DNA from: Octopus sinensis
Taxonomy: Eukaryota
Assembly (NCBI RefSeq): GCF_006345805.1
Contig: NC_043000.1
Location: forward strand, 136,152,001 to 136,216,000
DNA length: 64,000 nucleotides
Direction of reading: 5' to 3'
The notes beneath the pieces were generated by a model. The model saw only the letters and a list, made by a program, of their open reading frames with translations, was not told the origin of the DNA and did no database searches. Position numbers and translations under genes: made by a program. This document shows positions 13,345 to 28,020 of this stretch, piece after piece. Within the stretch, counting starts at the first letter, position 1; each line of letters begins with the position of its first letter.

Positions 13345-14632
13345 AATGTTGGGTTGAGCAAGGAATTTGGAATAAAGACTTGTTCCCTGGCAATGAAACC
13401 TACCATCAGCAAAAAGAACAAAATGGAAAAAAACTTTCATTTGCAGAAGCTCATGTGAACTGGGGGGATGAAAATTGGTCAAAAGTTCATTTCAGTGATG
13501 AAAGCAAATTCAATTTAGTAGGTTCAGATGGTAGACAGTATGTTAGGCGCTTCACAGGAGATTGGCTAAAATCCAAGTGCTTGAAGAAATCTGCTAAGTT
13601 TGAAGATGGAAGCAACATGGTGTGGGGAATGATTTCTTCTGAAGGAATTAGCCCTCTAGTGCAAATTGAAGGGACTATTAATGTTAATATCTATTTGAAT
13701 TTGGTTAAACAGTATGTGATCTCATCGTTACAAGCATTTCCGAATCAACTGTGCCTTTTCAGGCGAGATAATGCCCCCTGTCATGCTGCAAAGTGTGTCA
13801 TTGGATTTTTTTAGTGAACAAGATATCCAAGTAATGAAGTGGCCAGCACAAAGTCCAGACTTAAATCCAAGTGAAAAACCTTTGGAAGATACTTGGAGAC
13901 AAAGTAACATAAAGGGCACCTACTATTACGATGAATTTATGGGAGATATTGGAAGAGAAATGGAAGAAAGTAACACTTGACTTGTGCAGGAAACTTGGAA
14001 TGTCCTGTGGCAATCGATGTGCTGAAGTGATCTCCAGAAAAGGTCTACAAACATCACACTAACTATATTAAGTTCATATTTACATTTCTTTCAATCGTGG
14101 CTGTTGCCAGCCTCGCCTGGCCCCCGTGCCAGTGACACGTAAAAGCACCATCCGTTCGTGGCTGTTTGCCAGCTCCGTCTAACACCTGTGCGGGTGGCAC
14201 GTAAAAAGCACCCACTACACTCACGGAGTGGTTGGCGTTAGGAAGGGCATCCAGCCGTAGAAACATTGCCAGATCAGACTGGGCCTGATGCAGCCTTTTT
14301 GCTTCACAGACCCCAGTTAAACTGTCCAACCCATGCTAGCATGGAAAGCGGACGCTAAATGATGATGATGATGATGATGATTATTATTATGGTTTTGAGT
14401 TAGTTGAAACATTTTTTTGGTTTGATCGTTCACTAATTTTGCATTAGACATTTGGATAAATCTAGTATTAGTGTTACAAACTTTTATTAAGACTATTGTA
14501 CAAACTTAGATTCTTCACAGAATTTAGCTAATGGTTAACCATGTTTATGAAGCCAATTGTGAATTTGTACGTTTACTAGTTTATCCGAAATTTAAAAAAA
14601 TATTAATCATTCTCATTTTTTGCTTGCTACTG
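13345..14632 (+). mobile_element. 5'-truncated Tc1-like (DD34E) transposon with frameshifted transposase, interrupted by a family D SINE
   Basis: WSKVHFSDESKFN, MVWG, RRDNAPCH and WPAQSPDLNPSE motifs across frames; probable right end ...TTTGCTTGCTACTG|TA at 14632. Confidence 0.9.
14080..14380 (+). mobile_element. SINE-like family D inserted in the Tc1 3' region
   Basis: GGTTGGCGTTAGGAAGGGCATCCAGC block and (GAT)n tail. Confidence 0.85.
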
Positions 14633-16380
14633 TATATATATGTATATCATATATATATATATATGTATTATACATGTATATATATATATATATGTTAATA
14701 TGTATGAGTTTGTATCCCAACAATATGGTTCTGGATTCAGTCCCATTGTAGTATGTTGGACAAGTGTTTTCTGCAATAGTTCCATGTCAACCAAAAGTTT
14801 GTAAGTGAATTTGGAAGATGGAGACTGAAAGAAGCCTGTCATGTCTATATTTGTAGGGCACCCAGCCATAGAAAATCTACTTCTATAAGCTCTATCTGAC
14901 CCATGCAAACATAGAAGAGTGGATGTTAAAATGATGATGATGATGAGATATATATATATATATATATATAATAATTTGAGGGGATATCATTCCTAACTTA
15001 CAAGGAAAAATTCAATTTAGAAATACTAAATCAAATTACATATAATAGAAATATTAAATATAAAATAACAATAATATACCGATGATTAAGTAATGTGCAA
15101 AATAATAAATAAAACGTATATATTTGTAATTCATGTATTATATATAATTTTCTAGATAGTGTAATTTAATTGTTAATTTATATATATATAGATAGATAGA
15201 TACACCCCCCCTACAAACATATTTATTTATATAGGCATTATGTATGTATTGTAAAGTCTCAGTCAATTCAATATTTACAATAAATTTTGCTCTAATCTGT
15301 ATATAGAGCCATACCATCTGTAAATGCTCAGTTGTCAATCTGAAAAGCACTTTAAAGCAGTGACATCAATGCACATATACACACAAGCATGTTTGCATGT
15401 GTATTTGTGAATAGTTGCTGCAGAGTTTGAGTGACTCCAGATGCATTTGATTTGGTGTGGTTGCTGTATAAATGAGAAAAGAAAAAATATGTTCTACAAT
15501 CTGAGCTGAAATAACACGGATATTACTTAATAACATCAATGCTGCTTGGTAGCACTGTAAAATGTTATACTATCTGTAGGTGCCAACATCATTGTGTTCT
15601 CTGGTTGACAGCCGATGAAGGGGATCTCCAGCAATTCCAACTGTAAATAGAGTATATATATATATGTTTCCAGATACACAAACTGATGTAGATACAAAAG
15701 ATTAACTTGATAATCCACCAAATTTAGACTGATAACAAAAATAGCTTACTGGGATTGATATGATAAAATTAAAATACTTAAAAGGAAATTATTCAGGTGA
15801 GATAGATTGGCCACAGCTCACTAACACAAACCAGTAAAAATATACTTTCAACAGTTTTGAAAAATACCTTTACAGCTATCCCATGTACTGATATATTATT
15901 TTATTGATTTCCTACCTATGAAATTGCTAGAATGCTCCTGGCTGAGTTTCTTTGAGCCCTGTATAAGACTAAATTTTTTTCCTTAATGCTATCAATAAGA
16001 TTCAATCCCTTGATGTTAACTCAATGTGAATTTGTACTTTAACTTTGTTACGGCAAACGTTTTGTAATATGTTGTTATGAAATTTTGACATGAAATGCTT
16101 TTGGTCCTGTTTAAGATATTACTGAAATTCAAAATATGTATAAATGTATATTTTATAGTTTAGTTGTACCTAGCTAAATACTTCCTGCAGCAGGCTACTA
16201 TCAAAATTGGTTTCACTTACTTGTTGTTTGCAAACATTGTTCATCTGCTGGGAATCTTTATATTCAGAACGAATGGCATTTCAAAAATAAGTTAAAACAC
16301 ATGATAAATACCAGATTTGAAGAGAAATAGTTGGAAAATATGCAAGAGAAAGTATAAATATGCATTAAAAAATAAATATA

Positions 16381-16412
<32 letters not shown>

Positions 16413-16423
16413 CATATACATAT

Positions 16424-16465
<42 letters not shown>

Positions 16466-16484
16466 CACATATATATATATACAA

Positions 16485-16548
<64 letters not shown>

Positions 16549-17794
16549 ATATATACATATACATACATACATATATATATACATACATTCATATATATAT
16601 ATATACATACATACATTCATATATATATGCATACATGCATTCATATATATATATATATATATATATAATAAAAGCAATACAATTTTATAAATGCTCTATG
16701 GAAATAAAAAACAAAACAAATGTTTTATTTATCATCTGTGTATTATAAATCAATATATTTGCTAACATTCGACTTCATCCAATAAATTATTTCCCTTGGA
16801 GGTAATTTAACAGTTAAAAATAGCATATCTGGTTACCAACAGAGTGACTCATAGAATAAGCTCATTTAGTATAGAAAAAAGGAGTAGATGTACTAGATAG
16901 TTGATGCTATAACGTTCAATTCCACATCATTTAAGATTTACTCCGAAATATCTACATTTCCAAAAATATCTAATTTATATATTAGAAATAATTTTAAACA
17001 ATTCAAAATGCGTATATGAATCATATTCCCATGTTATTGTAATCTTTAACTGAGATTGCTTTATTAAAGTTGCACTTAGCTGAAGTCATGTAATTTTTAG
17101 AAGAGGCTAGAAGCATAACAAATGATCAACACCAAAAGATTCAGATAAGATACATATTCTAACAAATAATTTGAGACTCTTTAATAAAATATTTGTTTTT
17201 AATAACTGGCTTCCACTTCTCAATTAAATCTGTAGCCCACGTAAAACTGTTTCATAAAGACAATGGTATAGACAGTCTTTTACTTGAAATGGTGCAAAAA
17301 TTAATATCAGGTGTCAACAAGACAAATAGCAAACTATACATTTTCATTATACTATTTATTTATTTTTTATTACCATTTGTTATTATGAATTACAGATTTA
17401 AAATAATTCTATTTTAACATTATTTAGATTATATTGTATTATGTCCAAGTTTACTTTAAGGCAGTTATTTCTTGTGATACATACACAGCCACACATGTAC
17501 ATACACAGATACAGACACACAAAAATATGCAATTAATTTCAGGTAAGTAATCTGCAAGTGAGGCTGTTTTGTCACATATACGGCTAGAGGATCCTCACTT
17601 CACATAAGGTTATGTGTCTGAGTAGGTGAGTAGAAGTGAGAATGATGATTGAAGAAGAGTGAGGATTGCAGAAAAGTGCAAGAGTGTATAGTGGTAGAGA
17701 GTTATAGATAATAATAAAAGAGGAAATAGTTTTGGTAAGAGTGACAATTTATGTGTGTGCATGTGTACATTAACATATATATTTATATATATCA

Positions 17795-18189
17795 CTAGCA
17801 GTATCACCCGGCGTTGCTCGGGTTTGTAAGGGAAATAACTATATAAGCATTTTTAGAGAGTTATAGCCAAAAAATAGTAAAAAATGCATTAAAAATGGAA
17901 AAAAAATGATGGTAAATTTTTTTTTAAATCGTTGACTCATCGTAGACATTTTTAGAGAGTTACTTCCCTTATATAATAGCGAAAAAATGCATTAAAATGG
18001 AAAAAATGATGGTAAATTTTTTTTAAATCGTAGACTCATCGAAGATGTGTGCTAATACCCAGAAGGGCTCGATATGAATCACAACTATAAGATACCCGGT
18101 TTTGGTTAAACTGCACCGCAAAATGTGGGAGTAGTTAGGAATCTAAATCGTAGGAGACAGACACACAACCTTACTTTTATATATAAAGA
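17795..18189 (-). mobile_element. Complete non-autonomous Helitron (395 bp)
   Basis: Minus strand starts A|TCTTTATATATAAAAG and ends CCCGAGCAACGCCGGG hairpin + CTAG|T; AT target, no TSD; internal duplication of about 100 bp. Confidence 0.88.
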
Positions 18190-18194
18190 TTATC

Positions 18195-18490
18195 GTCGTT
18201 CAAAGTCTGTTTTCCATGTTGGCATGGGTTGAACGGTTTGCCTGGGGGACTAGTAAGCCAGTAGGCTGCACCAGGCTCCAATCTGATCTTACAAGGTTTC
18301 TACAGCTGGATGCCCTTCCTAATGCCAACCGCTGTAAAAGTGTAGTAGGTGCTTTTCACATGCCACCGGCATGGGAGCCAGTCAGGTGGCACTGGCATCA
18401 ACTATGTTTGAATGGTGCTTTTTATGTGCTACAAGCACGAGGAGCCAGTCAGGTGGCACCAGCATTGACCCACGCTTGAATGGTGCTTTA
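18195..18490 (-). mobile_element. SINE-like family D
   Basis: Colinear with family D. Confidence 0.8.
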
Positions 18491-18519
18491 TATATATATA
18501 TATATATTTATATGAAGGT

Positions 18520-18810
18520 GCATGCCTTAGTGTTTAGGGTGTTGTGCTCATGACTGCGAGATCGTGGGTTCAATTCCCAGACCAGTCGTTGTGTTGTGTT
18601 CTTGAGCAAAGCACTTCATTTCACATTGCTCTGTGATCATTTGATCATCTGACATGTGGAACCCATTGCACCTGTACAAGTAATGTCAGTTTCATGGAAG
18701 GAGTGAGGTTATATCTACACAAACATTTTTTCACTATAAACAAATTATCTGTGTGGTTGTTCATCAAGGAATTACTGAACCCATACATTGTCTAACGATG
18801 GGAGAGTCCA
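18520..18810 (+). mobile_element. Older tRNA-headed SINE related to family C
   Basis: GGTTCAATTCC B box, CTTGAGCAAAGCACTTCATTTCAC; related fragments at about 1845-1980 and 46650-46860. Confidence 0.7.
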
Positions 18811-18958
18811 TTATATATATATATAATATATATATATATATATCATCATCATCATCATCATCATTTAGCGTCCGCTTTCCATGCTAGCATGGGTTGGACG
18901 GTGCAACTGGGGTCTGTGAGGCCAGAAGGCTGCATCAGGCCCAGTCTGATATATATAT

Positions 18959-19013
<55 letters not shown>

Positions 19014-19044
19014 TATATAATATATATATATATATAATATATAT

Positions 19045-19108
<64 letters not shown>

Positions 19109-21179
19109 TGGTCAGTAGTTCATATGTCTAAAAAGAAGCACCCTCTAAAACTTTAGAGCAGTAATAATTAATATAGTGTTTGGTGGAGAGGATGTTTGTT
19201 TGTGTGTGTGCACATCATCATCACTAAGATCAACATTTAACATCTATTCAACCCATGCCAGGGGGCCACACCGGGTACCATAGTGTGTTTTGGCAAGGTT
19301 TCCACAGCTAGATGCCCTTCCTAACACCAGCGACTTCACAGAGTGTACTGGGTGCTTTTTATGCAGCACCAGCGCCCACACCAATGCTCTTTATGTGACA
19401 CCTTGGTGCTTGTGTGTGTGAATGTAAATATTTCAGTCTTAACTATTTGAATAAAGTGATGTTTACATTGCTTGCTGATATTACAGTTGGTTGCTCTGTG
19501 CTTTAAAGACTTTTGGAATGAATAAAAATCTTTACTTGAAAAACAGGTGAGTGTGGAAACAGGAAAAGCATGCAGCCATAAAACCTGGCATTCGTCTGAT
19601 TAAAAATTCCAATTTTTAACACGTGTAATTCACATTCATGTCCCAAGACTGAGTTATGTTTAAACTCACATCAGCCTTCATATTAAAAATCTGTAATCCA
19701 AAATTTTCCAACCATGACCATCATGTCCTTTTAAAGTCAAAATGTATTTGAGACAATATTATCTTCTGTCACTTTTATTATAAAAGAGCTAATATGCGTT
19801 AGAAGAGCACAAATCAGAAATTTTTCAAAGATATTGCTTGGCCTCTGATTCAATTTTCAATTTTTGCATATGCAGCAATATTCAAATTAAAATCTCCCCG
19901 CAAATATAAAAGAATAAAAATAAAGATTTACAAAATTTAATGCAATTCATGATAATTTAATGTAAAATAATTAAAAATTAGGATGGATACTTGTCTGTCA
20001 CTATATGAAGACCACAATTATACCCTTGTAAATTTTTGCTACTCCATCTATTCTCTCTACATAAATTCCTTCATGTACATTTGTAAAAAGTAATTAATTA
20101 CATTGGTTCCTTAATATCTCTCCTCCAGTGAGATTCAATGGGCTGCATATGGATACTGTCATCATTATGATAGATTTACAAAATTCCTTTTGTGCATATT
20201 CATGTCATGAATGTACTTTCTTCTTTCTTTGAGTTATAAGATACAGCAATTATTTTATATAAAATAGACAATGGGTAATGGGTAGTGTTTCAGAATAAAT
20301 GCTCTCATTCATTACTTGTTCATATTATTTTATTTCGAAAATATCTGCAAAAAATAAAATAATTTTTTTTAAAACTTAATTTTCCCAAACTTTTTATTCT
20401 ACTGATTAGAATATACAACTGGCAATAATATAATTTTCTGTAAAAATTCTTATCTGAATTTTATGTTTTATACATAGGAGATTATTATTTAGTAAAAAAA
20501 AAATGTGTCTACCAAATTCAGTTTCTTTGATTCCCACTGCTCTGCTTCAGTGTACACACCCTATTTTGCTTCTCCACTCATGACTTTCTGAAAATTGTTT
20601 CTTGAACAATATCCAGCAGAAAAAAATCTGCAAATTCACTTTTTCAGCACAGGAGGAGTGTCTCTTCCAAATTCTGCCAGATTTTCTAGAATACATTTTA
20701 TCTGCCTTTAAAGAAAGAAGTAAAACACAGGCCACTTTTGGAACACATCTGATGATGCATATTCCAAATCAGATCTGATATAAGGATCAAATGCATTATG
20801 TCTGTGTTGAAATTAAGTATGAATTGCACTTTTCAGAATTGAAAACTGAACAGGACCATCAGATAATAATTTTGAAAATCTCTGATTAGGACTATCAACT
20901 TTTCCTATCAAATTTTAACTGTGAGTGAGAACATATTTCAGTAATTTTTGGGAAGTGGTGAAGAAGTATACAATCCTATTTAGAAGCATAAGCACAAGAG
21001 GTATAGGATTAACATGCAGAGGAAGAGCAAGTATTCTCAGTACCTGCAGACAAAGATAATTTTTGTACCTCCATCCTAATTAACAGGTGTGATAAGCAAG
21101 AACAAAATCTTCACACCTGTACCCAAAAGTGACTGTCCCACTTGTCTCCACCTTTGCTACACCTCTGCTAAGATGAAAT

Positions 21180-21465
21180 CATCATCTCCATCATTTAACA
21201 TCCACTTTCCATGCTAGCATGGGTTTGGACAATTTGACTGAGGTCTGGCGAACCAGATGGCTGCACCAGACTCCAATCTGATCTGGCAGAGTTTCTACAG
21301 CTGGATGCCCTTCCTAATGCCAACCCCTCCGAGAGTGTAGTGGGTGCTTTTACGTGCCACCAGTATGAAGGCCAGTCAGGTGGTACTGGCAATGGCCACA
21401 ATCAAATGGTGTTTTTTATGAGCCATCTGCACAGGAGCCAGCCCAGGTGATGCAGGTAATGATCT
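21180..21465 (-). mobile_element. SINE-like family D
   Basis: Colinear with family D. Confidence 0.85.
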
Positions 21466-23219
21466 ATGAATGTACTTGGTAGCTGGAAAGGAAAAAAATA
21501 TTTCAATCAACTGTATTATGAAATTTTTGCTTTCATACAAAACTTTTGTTATAAAATGTGAAATAATGTAAAATAATCACTGTCTTTCATAAAGTAGTGG
21601 TAACAGATATTTCTAATAAATCTGCAATAACATGTAACTTGAAGTAGAATGTAGTCAGCTCTAGTTCTTACCTGGTACTTGTTTTATAAATGTTGAAGGA
21701 TGATAAGCAAAGTCAACTGAGACTGAATTTGAATAGAAAACACAGATTGTAACTAAGTTACTCCAAGATTTTTTGGTTATCAGTTGAATTAATGTTACTG
21801 CTATTGGCTGTCCTTGAAGTAGTAACAATAGTCATAGATAAAGGATAAAGTTAACTTGGCAAGATCAGAATTTATATATATAAATTCCTTTTGGCCTTTT
21901 ATGTACTCTCATCTCTCTATCATTCATCTCTCCACAGATTTTCTCTTCTACGTACTGAACTATGTTGCCTGTGTAACTAGAAAAAGCATTTGACCTGTCA
22001 AACTCTCATATCTCTGACACTCGTTCTTTCTTGTATTTTGCCATACTGCTTATGTTATGAAGGATGGCATTTGGTGTACTATATACTCAATGCCCAACCC
22101 TAGTACTATCCATATCCCTATCTCACTTACTCATCACATGTTCTATTTATAAGGTATAACATCAAACCTATTTGTATTTGATATATTCTAGTATCTATTT
22201 TTCTTTACTACCAGTCATCACTTCCTCTCATTGACGTCCATCACTCTCCCTTACTATTGTCCATCTTTATAATTAATTATCATATTCTCCCTCCCTTCAC
22301 TGTCCTCTCACCCTAATAATTCTCTTTCTGAAATCATACTCTTGTTTTGTTTTCCTCTCATCTTCGTTCTTCAATCATTACTTTTTTTCTTCTATTGACT
22401 CTCTTTGTCATGTTGCCTTCAAGAAAAAGACATACCATAGAGTAGTGAGGATTCTCTAATTTCACAGGGTAAAAGACAATGCCACAAGTCCTGGAGCCAT
22501 GCTAAAATTCTTCCCATATACTTTGTAAAGTGGTTGCTGTTAGAAGGGGCTTCCAGCCATAGAAGCTATGGCAAAAAGATGAAATGTACAACCAAGGCAT
22601 TGTAGTATTTAGTAACATAAAGGACTTGCAAGCCATTTTCTTTGGAAGTTTACCATTATCTTATTTGCTGCTACTAACTCAACCTGTTCCCCCAGAGGAA
22701 GTTACACCAAATTACTTGTAAACAAGATTCGTTTTTTTTCCAAAAAGTATTATAAATGTTGAAAAAATCGAATCTTTTCTCTACTTCAAGTAATAGGGGT
22801 AGGTGTCTAGATAATTCAAGGACCTTTATTTACAAAATAAAACAAAGAAAATATCTTTCCTCCAAATAAATTTTGGAAAAAATTCTAAGTGTTGTAGAGC
22901 TGTCTCAAATACATGTATACACAACACACAATAATGACAACGATGACGATGATGATGACAATTCTTTTTAATTTTGGCACAAGGCCAGCAATTTTAGGAA
23001 AGAGAAAGTTGATTACATTGATGTTAGTGCTCACTAGGAACTTATTCTATCAATCTTGAAAGGATGAAAGGCAAAGTCGACCTTGGTGGAATATGAACTA
23101 AGAGCATAAAGAGCTGGAAGAATTGTTGTGAAGCATTTTGTCCAATGCACTAACAATTCTTCTAGCATAACACCTTAATAATAATGAGGATGATGATGAT
23201 AGTAATAATAATAATAATA

Positions 23220-23715
23220 GTCATCATGTACATTGTTTTGTCTTGGTATAAAAGATGGGCTACAGCAAACATTCTGCTTAATACCACAGATTTGCTTGTC
23301 AGTTGTTTGACCATAACCAGTTGAGCATGTCCCTTAGTGGCTGACGATATGTGCATCTCTGATCACGAGCAGAAGTAGTGGGGGAGCATCATAGCCATGT
23401 GTTGAGAGGGATTCTTTGGGGTTTGAATAATTCACCTCTGGAAACATGGGTGGTTCTTTCAACATCCTTAAACAACCCTTATTCAGGGACCTTTTAAGCG
23501 GGATGGGCTACTCGACCTGAAGAAAATTCTAACTGGGCCCCACCTGCAAGGTCATGCACTGTTTATCTTGATATGAGATCACCATGTCGTGCACATATGG
23601 TTGTGATGCATGTGCCTGGTGTACCCTTATCAGACGGGTAGTCATGATGGGTATATTGGGCTTCGTATATTTTACCCCAGTGTCACTTTGATGGCATGAA
23701 CTGCTCTCTCACTCA
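23220..23715 (+). mobile_element. Unclassified ~500-bp insertion flanked by (TAA)n
   Basis: Higher-GC block bounded on both sides by TAA repeats; no recognisable ORF. Confidence 0.5.
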
Positions 23716-24330
23716 ATAATAATAATAATAATGTGTGACTTTTTCATAGAATAATAAACCCAACTGTAGAGATATCAAAAAAGCAAATTTTACGTTAACT
23801 ATAATTTCTGAATGAGTTCTCTATGTTAATAGTTAACAGAAGGAAAAGTAAAGCCTTTTCCTTTGGAAAAGCTAATATGTTACACAACAATATGTGTCTG
23901 GCAATGATTCTTATTCTAACAAAAACAATCTGATTAACCCTCTTATTTTAATCCAGTTCCTAACAATACAAATTGCATATGTGTTCCAATTATCTTTGAA
24001 ACTAATTAAGAATCTGAAAGAATTTAATAACTAACATTTTTCTTTATCAAGTTGGTGTTTGGAATACATGAAAAGGTTCTTGTATAGAATTATGATGGAA
24101 TATTTTAGTTTTAATATGACAATTTGAAAATGAAAGATTTTGGATGTCAGGATCAGAGGCAGTCCTCAAGTAGATTAGTAGTGAAAGTGTTCATAAAACT
24201 ATGACAGTTCCCACATTTAATCATTGGCAAAGTTACTGAACCATAAGGCTTCTATATCCGAGAAATATAAAAATATCTTGAAGCATAAAATATACTCTTT
24301 GTAAACCAATGTTTGATACATCTTATATAT

Positions 24331-24770
24331 AGCTGTAGGAGTTGCTGTGTGGTAAGTAGCTTGCTTATGAACCATATGGTTCTGGGTTCAGTCCCACTGT
24401 GTGGCACCTCGGGCAGGTGTCTTCTACTATAACCTCAGGCTGACCAAAGCCTTTTGAGTGGATTTGGTAGACAGAAACTGAAAGAAGCCCATTGTATATA
24501 TGTACATATATATATGTATGTGTATGTGTGTGTGTATGTGTGTATGTGTGTGTGTGTGTGTGTATATGTTTGTGTGTCTGTGTTTGTCCCCCCAACATCA
24601 CTTGACAACTGATGCTGGTGTGTTTACATCCCCGTAACTTAGCGGTTCGGCAAAAGAGACCGATAGAATAAGTACAAGGTTTACAAAGAATAAGTCCTGG
24701 GGTCGATTTGCTTGATTAAAGGTGGTGCTCCAGCATGGCCACAATCAAATGACTGAAACAAGTAAAAGAA
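24331..24770 (+). mobile_element. SINE family A, full length
   Basis: Colinear with the family. Confidence 0.9.
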
Positions 24771-26289
24771 TATAAGAAATAATCTTTGAATGGTTAACTT
24801 CATCTAACTTCCAGTTCAACATTACCTCCAGACCCTTGTTCCTTTTTACAAAATCCACCCTTGTTATAAGCTTTTACATTCTATCTCCTGTTTGAGGAGA
24901 ATCTGTGAGTAGTGATTTCCTTCCTTCTTTCATCTACCAGACTTGAAAATTTAGCAAAAATCTCATAGGTACTATCCTTCTTGCTTGATAATTGCATAAA
25001 ATGTTTCCTGTTTAATGAAAGGAAATGTATTACTGCCAGCCTATCCTTAATAAATTATTTATTGTGTCTTGGCACAGAAATATTGTAAATGTTACTAGCA
25101 GTAGCTTGTATAAAACAGAAAACTATGATTTTCAAAATAACGAGAATATTGTAATTAAAAGAGAAATTAAAATCACATCAAGAATGCAGATCCAACCAGT
25201 TAAGAAAGGAAATGAATAAAATAAAGATTTATACTTAGCTAATTTTACTGATAATTCTTTCAAAGACTTCAAGCAAGAAGTATCAGATGCTAAAGATAAT
25301 ATATAGAGAGAATACAGAAAATTTAATCATATGACATGACAGGCACAGATTAACTTTCAAAGCTATCAATTAATAATAACTTACTAGCAGAAATAAAAAT
25401 ACACAATATAATATCAAAATGACTAATTAAAAACACAGAACATGACAACCTTTTAATATAATTAATATAATCGGATGAAGCTTCCATAAAGAAATATATA
25501 AATAAATACATAAAATAAATCAGAAATTTAGAATTCTATGATAAAATTTCTGCATTAAAAGTGAAAATTCAAAGTGAAAGGGAATTACTTGAATACATTG
25601 GAATTTTCAAGAGGATAAAGTGAGCATATGCAAAGTAAGAAAGAGGAATGGAAAGTATGACCTATGTTGTTCGTTCATAGCAGAAAAAAATTACACCCTC
25701 TCAAAAATAAAACATAGAAAAAGTATGGAAGCTAAGCATCAACAGATAAGATGGGATAATAAATTAATTTTGCTATTTAGACTTGAGAAATTGTTTAAAA
25801 CTACACCATTTTTTTTTTAAATATAGGAATGCAGTCATTTAAAATTGAGCAACATTTTTCAAAAGTAAGTTGTGATTGTTCAGGAAATATTATACAATAT
25901 TGTAGAATATAATTTTGATGCTGAATAAACTCAGGAAGAAGAACCAAAAATTTGATACATTGCAATAAAATGAGAATACCAAATATTGGGAGTGTAACTC
26001 TTCACACTAAAAGTTCGCTACAAAAATCTAGAATTTAATATCAAGACTAATTGAGACACAGTGTAAGTTTAAAATTTTGATGCTATATATATATCAAATG
26101 CTGCCACCTGTTTCCAAGTGAGGTAATAATTTCCCAGTCTGCTGAACAACTAACAGTCTGGAATTGGAAATGAATGATACTGTTTAGGGAATCTTTGTTT
26201 ACAAAGCAGCAAACATAGAAATACACAATAACTCAAACAAACACATGCACACAGACATACACTTATATACATGCACACATACACATCAT

Positions 26290-26500
26290 ACCTATTTCTT
26301 TATTACCCACAAGGGGCTAAACGCAGAGCAGACAAACATGGACAGACATAGGTATTAAGTCGATTACATCGACCCCAGAGCGTAACTGGTACTTAATTTA
26401 TCGACCCCGAAAGGATGAAAGGCAAAGTCGACCTCGGCGGAATTTGAACTCACAACGTAACGCAGACGAAATACCGCTAAGCATTTCGCCAGCTCGCCAT
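26290..26500 (-). mobile_element. SINE family B
   Basis: Nin/Deu-like domain plus tail CTTGTGGGTAATAAAGAAATA. Confidence 0.85.
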
Positions 26501-26617
26501 ACCAAAACAAACAAACAATTGGAGCCTAATGCAGCTCTTCAGCTTGTCTGCTCCTGTCAGATTGTCCAACCCATGCCAGCATGGAAAATGAAAGTTAAAT
26601 GATGATGATGACACATA

Positions 26618-27454
26618 CGAGGCCTGATCAATAAACATCAGAACTGTTGCCATAGTAACGAAGCTAAAGCATGCAGAGTGAAGCCGCTTGGCACTGATTG
26701 ACCTTGAACTTTACTATGCATGTTCACAAAGTTTTAATGTTCTAGCTCCTGTGTAACACTTCTGTTGTTTACAGTGGTACTTAGAAGGAAGGTGTGTAGC
26801 ATGTGATTGTTGCATCGACCATGTCAGAGAAAGTTGTCTTGGTGATAACTGCTTAGAGGCCTACGCAAAGTTGCTGAAAGTGTATGGAGAGGAGCATAAG
26901 AGCTGCACGCAAGTGTACAAAGGGTTCAGACGTTTCCAAGGTGGTTGAAAAATGTTGATATAAATGAACGTTCTGGGAGACCTGCAACAACCAGAACTGA
27001 GAAAAACATCACAGATATTAGGGGAAATCGTCGAATCACCATCTGGAGTTATCAGAGTATGCGTAGATTAGTTGCAGTTCAGTTCAGTTCATTATCACTG
27101 AAGATTTGGGTATGAGACGTGTGTCTGCTAAGTTCATACAAAAACTAATTTCAGCTGACTAAAAATACACTCAGGTTTCAGTTGCACAAGATCTCACTGA
27201 TTGTGATGAGAACGATGAAACCTTTTTGAAAACTTTGCGTAGGCCTTTGAGCAGGTATCACCAAGCTTTTGGCAAAATTTGACGCAGATTCTCTGCTCAA
27301 GCAATGCTGTAAACATTGAAAGTGAGCTAGAACGTCAAAATTTAGTGTGCATATGCAGTAGAGTTGAAAGTCAATCTGTGCCTAACAGCTTTACTCTGCG
27401 TACTTTAGCTACGTTACTATGGCAACAGTTCAGATACTTATTGATCAGATCATG
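26618..27454 (+). mobile_element. Non-autonomous mariner with long inverted ends and decayed N-terminal transposase
   Basis: TA flanks; ends CGAGGCCTGATCAATAA / TTATTGATCAGATCATG; ERSGRP, RRITI and EDLGMRRVSAKFIQKL motifs; no catalytic domain. Confidence 0.88.
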
Positions 27455-27784
27455 TATATGTATATTTATGACAGGCTTCTTCAGTTTTCATCTACCAGAT
27501 CCACTCACAAGGCTTTGACATACCTGTTGGTATAGTAGAAGACAACACTTACCCAAGGTGCCACTCAATGTGATTGAACTTCTTACCACATAACCATGCC
27601 TGTGGCTATCATGTATTAGAAAGTGAAAAGTTTTTTTTTCAAGCAAAAACAGATCTGGAACAGTGTTTCTCAAAGAAGTTGTTCATGAGATGAAAGTGGT
27701 GGGATAGTGGATGAATGTTGTATCTGTCAATCTTCAAAAGTTATTTCCAATTTATATTCTATGTATGAATCATCTGGTAATATT

Positions 27785-28020
27785 TGGCAGTGAGCTGGTA
27801 GAATCGCTAGCATTTCAGGCGAAGTGCTTAGCGGTATTTCGTCTGCCGTTACGTTCTGAGTTCAAATTCTGCCGAGGTCGACTTTGCCTTTCATCCTTTC
27901 AGGGTCGATTAAATAAGTACCAGTTACGCACTATGGAGTCGGTGTTATCAACTTAATCCCTTTGTCTGTCTTTGTTTGTCCTCTCTATATTTAGTCCCTT
28001 GTGGGCAATAAAGAAATAAA
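27785..28020 (+). mobile_element. SINE family B, full length
   Basis: GAGTTCAAATTC B box, Nin/Deu-like domain and tail. Confidence 0.88.

Noticed and set aside
17531-17548. Recursive-splice-like TTTCAG|GTAAGT
   Set aside because: Short pyrimidine tract; a single occurrence in AT-rich DNA is compatible with chance
20540-20810. Possible LINE RT remnant (YIRSDLEYASS, minus strand)
   Set aside because: Single short motif with no supporting flanking motifs
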